The position numbers were made by a program, and so were the translations under genes. Below the pieces are notes generated by a model. The model did no database searches. It was given only the letters and a program-made list of their open reading frames with translations, and was not told the DNA's origin. Below are positions 47,173 through 55,285 of a DNA stretch of 64,000 nt, in pieces; the stretch's first letter is position 1; each line of letters begins with the position of its first letter. Source of the stretch: Candidatus Coprovivens sp. (GTDB lineage: Bacteria > Bacillota_I > Bacilli_A > RF39 > UBA660); the NCBI GenBank assembly GCA_051886175.1, contig JBJEXV010000066.1, forward strand, positions 8,996 to 72,995. Direction: 5' to 3'.

Positions 47173-47227
47173 CTGATACTTTGATTAAATGTTGATAAAT
47201 ATAAATTTAAAATAAGGAGGAAAAATT

Positions 47228-47599
47228 ATGGCTACTGAAGAAATTGATTATTCGAAATATACCTGTACGAAAAAGAACATGCAATATACCATTATTAGTG
47301 ATGAAATCAAGAAGGATTTTGACTTCTTGCTTTCATCAAATACAATGGGCAATAAGTTAGATGAAATGTTAAATTATCTGAATACTGCTGCTGGTATATC
47401 TAATGCGTTCTATTTCGAAAATGGTGGTTCTGTACAAGATATTAACCACGTGTATGAAGAAATTAAAAACGATGTATCTCAATTAAAATCTGATCTTGAT
47501 ACTTTACATGCTGCATTTATGACTGATATTGATAACGTTAATGCAGAACTTGAAGTTAACTTTGGTCATTGGGTTGGATATAAGGTTAATGGAAAATAA
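47228..47599 (+). CDS. small helical protein (123 aa), candidate T7SS partner/chaperone
   Basis: SD AAGGAGG. Helical, ends ...NFGHWVGYKVNGK. Lies directly upstream of the 839-aa protein. Confidence 0.5.
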   Translation: MATEEIDYSKYTCTKKNMQYTIISDEIKKDFDFLLSSNTMGNKLDEMLNYLNTAAGISNAFYFENGGSVQDINHVYEEIKNDVSQLKSDLDTLHAAFMTDIDNVNAELEVNFGHWVGYKVNGK

Positions 47600-47627
47600 T
47601 ATAATGCAAAGGTTTGAGGTGATTTAG

Positions 47628-50147
47628 ATGTCAAAAGCAAAAATTGATAGTGTTGAATATGATGAATTGCGTAATCAGGTTCAATATGCCGCAGATTGTT
47701 TAGCTGAAGTTGATCAACTTTGGGGCGATAGATTTGAAGATTTGTATTATGCATTTATTACTAGTGGATATTTAGAAGATTTATATGAAGATGCAAAGAG
47801 TAATTATTATACATTGAAAAAATCTGTTAGTGCAATATCTAATGTTGCTACAGGAGCTTCATTAGGATGCGTAATAGGTTCTGTTATTCCAGGTGTTGGT
47901 AACATCGCTGGAGCAATTATTGGTGCAGTAATTGGTTTAGTATTTGGTATTTACAATTTCTGTACTACTGATCCTACATGGATTACTACTTCTAAACAAG
48001 TATTTGAACAATTATTAACAGATTGTGTTAATGGTAATAATGATTGTTATATTGGTATTACTAATATTGGGACTAAGTTATTAAATGTTCAAATATCATT
48101 AGAAGAGATTAGAACTTTGGTTAATGAATTTAACTATGCGTATGCTTCATTAGAAGATTCAATGAATGAATTCGGATTAAAAGGTCAAATGACAGATGAT
48201 GGTGTATTATTATCTGTTGATACACAAATTACTGTTGATGGTCAAACATATACAACAAGTGTTAGTGAAGCATTAAATGCATTCTATACATATCAAAATA
48301 CAGTTATGGCTGCTAGAATTGAAGCACAAGTATTATCTGAGAAATATGGTATTGAAATAGATTATGATGCATTAGTTAAAAATGCAAATGGATTTATTGT
48401 TAATACATTAAATAGTGGATTATACTCACACGAGTTTATAGATGCATTATTACCAAATTATACTCCAGATCAAGTTGGGGTTACTGATGCAGCTGCATCT
48501 GGATTGGGAATTTCTACAAGTGACTTCCAATCAGCACTAGCAAAAGCTTCAAGTATTGTTGGTGTTGGTGCTGGATTAGTTGGTGCTAGTTTTATAGGTC
48601 AAGTTGCTAATCCAAGTGGAGGAGATACTTCACAAAAATGTCCTAACTGTGGTGGAGACCCTACTAAGTGTGGATGTGGAAGTAAAAATCCTGGAGGAAC
48701 AAATGGTGGCACAACAGGAGGTACTACTGGTGGCACAACAGGTGGTACTACAGGTGGTACTACCGGAGGAATTATTGGTGGAACAACTGGTGGTACTACT
48801 GGCGGAACAAATGGTGGCACAACAGGTGGTACTACAGGAAAAGAAAATGAAAAAGAAACTGAAAAAAACGATGTTAAAATTGAAGAAGTTTCTAAAACAA
48901 AAATTCCTGAAGAAGTTAAATCTGAAATTACTAAAGATTATGATGACTTAGCTCGTAGAGAATATGAAGCTTTAGGAGAAGAAAAAATTGTTGAACGTAG
49001 AGCAAAAATTATGGATGATATTGATGCTGCTTATGAATCAGGTAACTTCAAAGATATTAAGAAAAAATTAGAAGAATATGGATATTCTGAACCAGAAATT
49101 AATGCGTTAATTAACGATAGAGATAAACTAGCAGTTGCATTAATTACTGGAGATCAAAAAGAATTTATGGCTGAAAAAGCTATGGAATTAGCAAAAGCTG
49201 ATGGAATTGAAAACTTTGAATCTACATGGGCTGAACCTGCTGAATATCGTGATTTAACTGATGGTACAGCTAATACTATAATTGCTAACATGAGTCAAGA
49301 TGAAGGTGTAAGTAAAGCTTATGAAGAATTAACTACTGCGACAACTGCTTATGAAGAAAAAGTAGAAGATGCTGTGGCTGCTGTTGAAGCTGTAGCTGCT
49401 GCTAAGACTACAATGACTGCTCTTGAAGATAAGTTTACTAAAGAATTTGGTACTTCTGATACAACTAAGTGGAGTAAAGAAGCTGTTGAAGAATATAACG
49501 AATCAGTTAAAGAGTATAACGAAAAAGTTAAAGATGCAGATGATAAATTAAAAGCTAAAGATAAAGCTAAAGAAGAATATGATGAAGCATTAGAAGACTA
49601 TGAAGATGCTAAAGAAGATTTCGAAAAACGTATTAAAGATAATATAGTAAATGATGATAGTGATACAGGAGATACTCCTGAAATGAATGGTCCTGATACT
49701 TCATTAGATGATACTCAAGGTAATGGAAACAACGGAAATAATAACAATAATAATGGAAATAATAATGGTAACAATAATGGAAACAATGGTGTTACTGGTA
49801 AACCAAATTATATTCCTGTTGATCAAGACTTCCCTGGTATCGCATTAGGTACTCCTGAAGATAATTCATTATATGCATCTGAAAATCTTGGATCTAATGG
49901 TGTATATACTGAAACAGTTGAAGTAACAGGCCAAGATGGTACTACTCAAACATTTACTAGAACTAGTGAAGGTGCTGACTTTATGAGTGGGACTCCTACA
50001 GTTACAACTGGTACAAATGGAACTGTAAGTAGTGTTGTATCTGGTGGTACTGACGCTAATGGAAATGCTCAAAAAATAGTTTCATTATCAAATGATGATA
50101 TTATGGCAGCATTATTACTACAAGAAGAAGAAGCAAAAATGAAGTAA
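47628..50147 (+). CDS. large T7SS-associated membrane protein (839 aa), paralogous in its central module to 39641..42364
   Basis: SD GAGGTG. N-terminal helical region with QLWGDRF. Gly-zipper hydrophobic stretch GASLGCVIGSVIPGVGNIAGAIIGAVIGLVFGIYNF. (GGTT)n tract. Module DYDDLARREY...EYGYSEPEI...TGDQKEFMA...KWSKEAVEEYNE...DYEDAKEDFEKRIKDNI. (N/G)n tract. Confidence 0.6.
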   Translation: MSKAKIDSVEYDELRNQVQYAADCLAEVDQLWGDRFEDLYYAFITSGYLEDLYEDAKSNYYTLKKSVSAISNVATGASLGCVIGSVIPGVGNIAGAIIGAVIGLVFGIYNFCTTDPTWITTSKQVFEQLLTDCVNGNNDCYIGITNIGTKLLNVQISLEEIRTLVNEFNYAYASLEDSMNEFGLKGQMTDDGVLLSVDTQITVDGQTYTTSVSEALNAFYTYQNTVMAARIEAQVLSEKYGIEIDYDALVKNANGFIVNTLNSGLYSHEFIDALLPNYTPDQVGVTDAAASGLGISTSDFQSALAKASSIVGVGAGLVGASFIGQVANPSGGDTSQKCPNCGGDPTKCGCGSKNPGGTNGGTTGGTTGGTTGGTTGGTTGGIIGGTTGGTTGGTNGGTTGGTTGKENEKETEKNDVKIEEVSKTKIPEEVKSEITKDYDDLARREYEALGEEKIVERRAKIMDDIDAAYESGNFKDIKKKLEEYGYSEPEINALINDRDKLAVALITGDQKEFMAEKAMELAKADGIENFESTWAEPAEYRDLTDGTANTIIANMSQDEGVSKAYEELTTATTAYEEKVEDAVAAVEAVAAAKTTMTALEDKFTKEFGTSDTTKWSKEAVEEYNESVKEYNEKVKDADDKLKAKDKAKEEYDEALEDYEDAKEDFEKRIKDNIVNDDSDTGDTPEMNGPDTSLDDTQGNGNNGNNNNNNGNNNGNNNGNNGVTGKPNYIPVDQDFPGIALGTPEDNSLYASENLGSNGVYTETVEVTGQDGTTQTFTRTSEGADFMSGTPTVTTGTNGTVSSVVSGGTDANGNAQKIVSLSNDDIMAALLLQEEEAKMK
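48694..48840 (+). repeat. 12-bp-period coding microsatellite encoding (GGTT)n
   Basis: About 12 units of ggtggtactaca-like sequence. Protein GGTNGGTTGGTTGGTTGGTTGGTTGGIIGGTTGGTTGGTNGGTTGGTTG. Confidence 0.9.
49719..49790 (+). repeat. AAT/GGA-rich low-complexity tract encoding (N/G)n
   Basis: Protein GNGNNGNNNNNNGNNNGNNNGNNG. Confidence 0.85.
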
Positions 50148-50152
50148 TTAAG

Positions 50153-50179
50153 TGATTATGCGCTTTATGCGCATAATCA
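50153..50179 (+). terminator. stem-loop after the 839-aa gene (weak T-tract)
   Basis: tgattatgcgc-tttat-gcgcataatca, then only TTT. Confidence 0.45.
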
Positions 50180-50205
50180 TTTAAAATAAATAGGTTGGTG
50201 ATGAT

Positions 50206-50637
50206 ATGATAAATAAGGATTTACCTATTGGGACAGTTGTTCTATTAAGAGGTGGATTAAAAAAAGTTATGATTACTGGATACTCTTCTGTTTCTAGAGA
50301 GGATTCAGAAAAAGTGTATGACTACAATGGTTGTATATTCCCTGAAGGTTTAATGGAAAATGTGTTTTGCTTATTTGATGCTTCTCAAATAGAAGAAGTT
50401 TTCTATGAAGGTTTAAGAAACGACGATTACGAAAATTATACAGAAAAGAGAAAATCAATGCTTGCTTCTGGAAGTTCTTATGGTAGAACTGGATATACTG
50501 AATCTAATAATAGAACTGAAAAACCTAAAGGACGTAGAGCTCGTACTGCTCCAAAACATCCAAGAAGTGCATCTGAAATGCATGCTAAATACGATGTTAA
50601 GAAGATTTCAGGCGATGGCGTAGATTACGGAGATTAG
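50206..50637 (+). CDS. DUF4176-like protein with a basic, disordered C-terminal tail
   Basis: DLPIGTVVLLRGGLKKVMITGY...YDYNGCIFPEG...LFDASQIEEVFYEG, then ...EKPKGRRARTAPKHPRSASEMHAKY. Confidence 0.7.
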   Translation: MINKDLPIGTVVLLRGGLKKVMITGYSSVSREDSEKVYDYNGCIFPEGLMENVFCLFDASQIEEVFYEGLRNDDYENYTEKRKSMLASGSSYGRTGYTESNNRTEKPKGRRARTAPKHPRSASEMHAKYDVKKISGDGVDYGD

Positions 50638-50646
50638 GAGGATATT

Positions 50647-50922
50647 ATGGAAAAGAGATTATTACCTATAGGTAGTGTGGTATTACTAAATGGTGGTACT
50701 AAAAAAGCTATGATTACTGGTTATTGTCCAGTTACTGAAGAAAATCTTGATAAGATGTATGATTATAGAGGTTGTCCTTTCCCTGAAGGAATTATGATTT
50801 CTGAAGGAAATGCATTATTCAATCATGATGAAATTAGTGAAGTTATTCACACTGGTTATGAAAATGATGAAGCTATTGATTTTATCGATAGATTAGAAAT
50901 TGCAATCGAAAAGAACAAATAA
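50647..50922 (+). CDS. DUF4176-like protein (minimal, 91 aa)
   Basis: RLLPIGSVVLLNGGTKKAMITGY...YDYRGCPFPEG...LFNHDEISEVIHTGYENDE. Confidence 0.7.
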   Translation: MEKRLLPIGSVVLLNGGTKKAMITGYCPVTEENLDKMYDYRGCPFPEGIMISEGNALFNHDEISEVIHTGYENDEAIDFIDRLEIAIEKNK

Positions 50923-50946
50923 GACTATTTTATAGTCTTTTTTTCT
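50921..50946 (+). terminator. intrinsic terminator closing the T7SS region
   Basis: aagacta-tttta-tagtctt followed by a T-run. Confidence 0.7.
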
Positions 50947-51074
50947 TGAAATCTTTTTAATAAAATATTATAATTAGTTTGACTTTATTACTTATTACAA
51001 TTGATTATTAATGTTTAAACCACTGTGGGAGAAGTCCGTAGTGGGATTTTATGATGTAGAAAAGAGGGTGGATT

Positions 51075-53096
51075 ATGGCAATTACAGGAAGAGAATTTGA
51101 ACTTGAAGAGCGTAGATTGGTTGAAGTATCCAAGTTATTAGAAGACCAACTAGCTAAAATGGGAGAGAATATTTTTGAAGATGAAGAAAAGTTTCAGGAA
51201 TTCAAAAGATATTCTTGGGAGAATAAAAGAACAATGGATAGTGCTGAATTATCACAAGTTAATTCGCAAAGTGAATTAGAAGCAAATATGCTTTTAATGA
51301 AAAGAGATTATTTTAAGAAGTTATATCGTATTAAAGATAATCCTTATTTTGCTTCGATTATATTTGAGGATGAAGATGGTGAGAGATTCAATGTTTATTT
51401 GGGACTTACTTATTTAAAAGACGATGATTATGGAAATATTATTTATGATTGGAGAAGTCCTATATGTAGTTTATTTTATGATTTTGAAGTTGGTAAATGT
51501 GCTTATGCTGCTCCTGGAGGAGCGATAACTGGTGAGTTATTAAGAAAAAGACAGTATAAAATAGAAAAGTGTAAGTTAGTAAGTGCATTTGATAATTCAA
51601 TTAGTATTGATGATGAATTGTTACAAGAGGTGTTAGCTACTGATAGTAATGATAAAATGAAGAATATTGTTAATACGATTCAACAAGAACAAAATAATGT
51701 AATTAGAAATGTTAGAGATAAAACATTAATTGTATCTGGTATTGCAGGATCGGGTAAGACTAGTGTGGCATTACATAGAATTGCATTCTTGTTATATAAA
51801 ATCAAGAATTTAACTAGTAATGATATTTTGATATTTTCTCCAAACCAAATATTTACTGAATATATTTCAAATGTATTGCCAGAATTGGGAGAAGATAATA
51901 CATTACAAACAACATTTAATGATTATTTAGCAAAGACAATTACTGAATTTGCTTCTGTAGAATCTTTTATGGATTTTATTGGTAAGTATTATACTGATAG
52001 AGAAAAGAATATTGATTTAATTAAGTATAAACAAAGTGATGGAATTATTGATGATATTAATAGATATGTTGAAGATGTAGTTAAACATGCTAGAGTTATA
52101 AATGATTTTACTGAGAATAAGATTTATACAATTTATAAAGATGATATTAATAATATGATTCATGATAGATATAGTACTTTACCTTTTTATGAAAGAATTG
52201 ATACTATTGCACTTAAGTTAAGTGAAGCTAATTATAAAGGAAGTAGTAAGAAGAAGTTGACTTATAGAAAGTTAATATTTGAAAATGGTAATTTTGAAAA
52301 AGATTTTAAAGAATTATATATGAATTTCTTTAGTAGTGATTTTTGTAAAATTAGAATGAATGATAAGGAATTAAGAGAGTTTAAGAATAGTAGAGTAATT
52401 AGATATGAAGATGCTTTATTGTTTGCTTATATGAAAGGTTTAATGGAAGGTTTTGGTTATGAAAGGGATATTAAACAAGTAGTAGTAGATGAAGCACAAG
52501 ATTATAGTTATTTACAATATTTAATTATTAGTAAGATATTTAGAAATAGTAATTTTACAATATTAGGTGATGTTAATCAAACTATTAATCCTTATTATAA
52601 GTATGAATCTTTAGATGTATTAGCTAATCTATTTAAGCAAAGTAAATGTATTTCGTTAACTAAGACATATAGATCTAGTCCTGAGATTATTGAATTTACT
52701 AATAAGATATTGGGTTTAGATCATGTATGTGCAATAAGAAAAACTGAAAGTGTACCATTAGTTCATAGAACTGATAGTAGTATGTTACTTGATGATATTA
52801 ATTATCTTAAAGATAAGTATAAATCAGTTGCAGTTATTACTAGGGATAGTAATACTGCAAGTAGGTTGTATGAAAATCTAAAAGATAGTATTGGTATTTC
52901 ATTACTTAATAGTCAAACTGAAGAGTTTAATAAGGAACTTGTTGTGTTACCTGCTTATTTAGCTAAAGGATTAGAGTTTGATAGTGTTATAGTATATAGT
53001 GATGAAGTTAGTAAATATCTTAAAGATGAGAAGAATTTATTGTATGTAGCTTGTACTAGAGCACAACATGAATTAATAGTATATTCTAAGCATTAG
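51075..53096 (+). CDS. helD: HelD-like UvrD-family helicase (RNA polymerase recycling factor)
   Basis: N-terminal DNPYFASIIFEDEDG (HelD PYF-x-RIDF block). Walker A GIAGSGKTSVALHRIAFLLY. VVDEAQD. C-terminal LAKGLEFDSV...LLYVACTRAQHEL. Confidence 0.7.
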   Translation: MAITGREFELEERRLVEVSKLLEDQLAKMGENIFEDEEKFQEFKRYSWENKRTMDSAELSQVNSQSELEANMLLMKRDYFKKLYRIKDNPYFASIIFEDEDGERFNVYLGLTYLKDDDYGNIIYDWRSPICSLFYDFEVGKCAYAAPGGAITGELLRKRQYKIEKCKLVSAFDNSISIDDELLQEVLATDSNDKMKNIVNTIQQEQNNVIRNVRDKTLIVSGIAGSGKTSVALHRIAFLLYKIKNLTSNDILIFSPNQIFTEYISNVLPELGEDNTLQTTFNDYLAKTITEFASVESFMDFIGKYYTDREKNIDLIKYKQSDGIIDDINRYVEDVVKHARVINDFTENKIYTIYKDDINNMIHDRYSTLPFYERIDTIALKLSEANYKGSSKKKLTYRKLIFENGNFEKDFKELYMNFFSSDFCKIRMNDKELREFKNSRVIRYEDALLFAYMKGLMEGFGYERDIKQVVVDEAQDYSYLQYLIISKIFRNSNFTILGDVNQTINPYYKYESLDVLANLFKQSKCISLTKTYRSSPEIIEFTNKILGLDHVCAIRKTESVPLVHRTDSSMLLDDINYLKDKYKSVAVITRDSNTASRLYENLKDSIGISLLNSQTEEFNKELVVLPAYLAKGLEFDSVIVYSDEVSKYLKDEKNLLYVACTRAQHELIVYSKH

Positions 53097-53141
53097 TTAG
53101 AGGTTTTATTTATTTAATTGATAATTTATGTATGAATTAAT

Positions 53142-53167
53142 AAACTAGGCTAAAATAGCCTAGTTTT
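53142..53167 (+). terminator. intrinsic terminator after helD
   Basis: aaactaggcta-aaa-tagcctagttt followed by a T-run. Confidence 0.75.
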
Positions 53168-53235
53168 TATGTTTGTTTTGTATGTTTAAAAATTGACAGT
53201 ATTCTTTAAATATAATAAACTATTGTGGCTAGGGG

Positions 53236-55065
53236 ATGAGTATTGTGGCATTAGAACCTTTTGACAAAATGAGAATTGGTAAGTATTTAAAAACTAATGG
53301 ATTAGAAGATTTATGTTGGGGTGGTTTCTATGAAGGAGTTAAGAAGAATAAATATAATGATTATGATGTATTAGTTTTTTTAGTAGATTCAGTTCTTAAA
53401 AAGTTAACTTCAGGAGAAGATATGTCTGAGAAGTTATTATTAAAATATATTGTTTATGTAGATCATTTTTATTGGTGGGCTAGTGAAAAAGAATTACCTG
53501 CTGTAAATGTAGTTGCTAAGATAAGAGTATTTAAAGAAAAATATTTAGAATATGTAGCACAAAAAGGTATTGAAGCAAGTGATGAAATAGTTAAGTATAT
53601 TGAAAATATGATAGCGGAAATAGATAAGGAACATGGTAAGGAAGAAGCTTCTTCTATAGAAGTAAGTAAATATGTTCAAAGTATTATGGAAATGGAAGCT
53701 AAGATAGAACAATTAACTAAGGATTTAGCAGAAGCTAGAAGACAAATATCAGTTCATGAAAAAAGTAAGAGCGATACTCAAAAGAAAAATAACAAAAATC
53801 AAACTGAGTTAACTGAGTTAAGAGCTAAAGTAAAAGAATATGAAATACAAATTGCTGAATTAAATCAACAAGTGGAAGAGTTAAAACAAAGAGCAACTTG
53901 TTCACAAGAAGAATATGATACTTTAGTAACTAAATATAGTTCTTTACAAGCTAAGATTGATAGTTTAAATGGAGATCATAAGGAATTAAAAAAACATGCT
54001 GATTCATTAGCTAGAAAATTAGGTAAGCTTGAAAAGAAAGAAGAAGAAAGAGCAGAAGAAGCTGCGCAACATAAATCTAGATTAGCTTTTGAAAAAGAAT
54101 TAGATGATAAAATTATTAGTTTATTATTTGGTGGACAATATACTGTTTCACAAATTGTTGATAAGTTAAATAAAGATGGTAGTTCATATAGTTTAATTGA
54201 AGTAAGTGAATCGTTAACAAGAGTTAAATTAAAATTGAGTATAATGAATGGAAAGAATATTTCTTATCCACAAGTATATGGAGTTTGTCCTCCAGCTATT
54301 AAGACTCATACTAATTTAAGTCTTAGTACTGATACTGATGTTTTAGATATTATGATAATCTCTGATTTACATTTAACTGAGATGAGTAATATGGTAGTTA
54401 AGAGGCTGAATAATGTTTATGAATATTGTGCTGATAAAGGTATTAAGTATATTTTAAATTTAGGTGATTTATTTGATTTAAGTCATAATTCTGTATATTC
54501 ATATGAAACATATTTACAACATCAAAAGTTAATTGATGCAATAATACGTAATTTCCCACATGATGATAATATAGTACATTTTGTATTAGGTGGTAATCAT
54601 GATAGAAGTGCTAGTGCATTTGGTATAGATTCAATAGAAGAGTTAGCAAGTAGAAGAAGTGATTTTGTTAATTTAGGTTATTCACATAGTGCTATTGGTA
54701 TTAATGGAAATACTAATGATGAATTAATTGGTATTCACCATCCTAAAGGTTGGGTTGTTGAATCTGTTGATGATTTTGATTTGGGTGCAGGTCAAATAAC
54801 AAGATATTTAGAACAAAGTTGTTTTGGATTAGAAAAGAATTATATTGATCTATTTGGTCATTTACATGCTAGTAGAATAGATACTGTTAATGGTTATGGT
54901 ACAGTTCCTTCTTTGTTCTATGATAAAGAAAGAAGTGGGGCTTGGCATGTTAAGATTTATTTAGATAAAAATAAGAATATTAAGTATATGGTATTTATTC
55001 AGTTATTAGCTGAAAAATGTTTAGATAAAGTATCAGAGGTTGGATATCAAAGAATAATTAAATAA
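53236..55065 (+). CDS. coiled-coil protein with C-terminal calcineurin-like metallophosphoesterase domain
   Basis: About 140 aa of heptad coiled coil (aa 150-290). MPE motifs IISDLHL, NLGDLFD, LGGNHD and GHLHAS. Confidence 0.6.
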   Translation: MSIVALEPFDKMRIGKYLKTNGLEDLCWGGFYEGVKKNKYNDYDVLVFLVDSVLKKLTSGEDMSEKLLLKYIVYVDHFYWWASEKELPAVNVVAKIRVFKEKYLEYVAQKGIEASDEIVKYIENMIAEIDKEHGKEEASSIEVSKYVQSIMEMEAKIEQLTKDLAEARRQISVHEKSKSDTQKKNNKNQTELTELRAKVKEYEIQIAELNQQVEELKQRATCSQEEYDTLVTKYSSLQAKIDSLNGDHKELKKHADSLARKLGKLEKKEEERAEEAAQHKSRLAFEKELDDKIISLLFGGQYTVSQIVDKLNKDGSSYSLIEVSESLTRVKLKLSIMNGKNISYPQVYGVCPPAIKTHTNLSLSTDTDVLDIMIISDLHLTEMSNMVVKRLNNVYEYCADKGIKYILNLGDLFDLSHNSVYSYETYLQHQKLIDAIIRNFPHDDNIVHFVLGGNHDRSASAFGIDSIEELASRRSDFVNLGYSHSAIGINGNTNDELIGIHHPKGWVVESVDDFDLGAGQITRYLEQSCFGLEKNYIDLFGHLHASRIDTVNGYGTVPSLFYDKERSGAWHVKIYLDKNKNIKYMVFIQLLAEKCLDKVSEVGYQRIIK

Positions 55066-55090
55066 AATATACATAAAATACAGAAAAATG

Positions 55091-55119
55091 TTGACAATTT
55101 TTAGGTTTTTACTTATAAT
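55091..55119 (+). promoter_or_regulatory. consensus sigma-A promoter of the infC-rpmI-rplT operon
   Basis: TTGACA (55091-96), 17-nt spacer, TATAAT (55114-19). Confidence 0.75.
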
Positions 55120-55125
55120 CTTAAT

Positions 55126-55275
55126 TGTTATTGAAAAGAAAGCGATGTATCCACATCCACCTGATTGTATGTTTGAGTTACGATAGGTTTCAAAGCTTAA
55201 TGAAAATATTTAAAAAGTTTTTATTATGTTTTTATGGGTGGATACTAGATGTTCGCCCTTTTTAATTGTGTGGAG
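55126..55275 (+). promoter_or_regulatory. probable L20 leader (ribosomal protein L20 autoregulatory structure)
   Basis: It occupies the position of the Firmicute L20 leader upstream of infC. Long-range pairing gtatccac (about 55147) with gtggatac (about 55238). Not verified against a covariance model. Confidence 0.45.
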
Positions 55276-55285
55276 GTGCTTTACT

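Noticed and set aside
48599-48951. ORFs 48599..48820 (-) and 48604..48951 (+) over the (GGTT)n tract.
   Set aside because: This is the same low-complexity artefact. The PPVV-repeat product is the antisense of the GGTT codons.
44095-49790. Repetitive DNA considered as a possible CRISPR array or non-coding satellite.
   Set aside because: The repeats are in-frame coding tracts with periods that are multiples of 3. There is no repeat-spacer architecture and there are no cas genes in the window.
50950-51074. Small hairpin ccact...agtgg upstream of helD considered as a riboswitch.
   Set aside because: It is too short, shows no conserved motif I recognise, and has no terminator or anti-terminator alternative.
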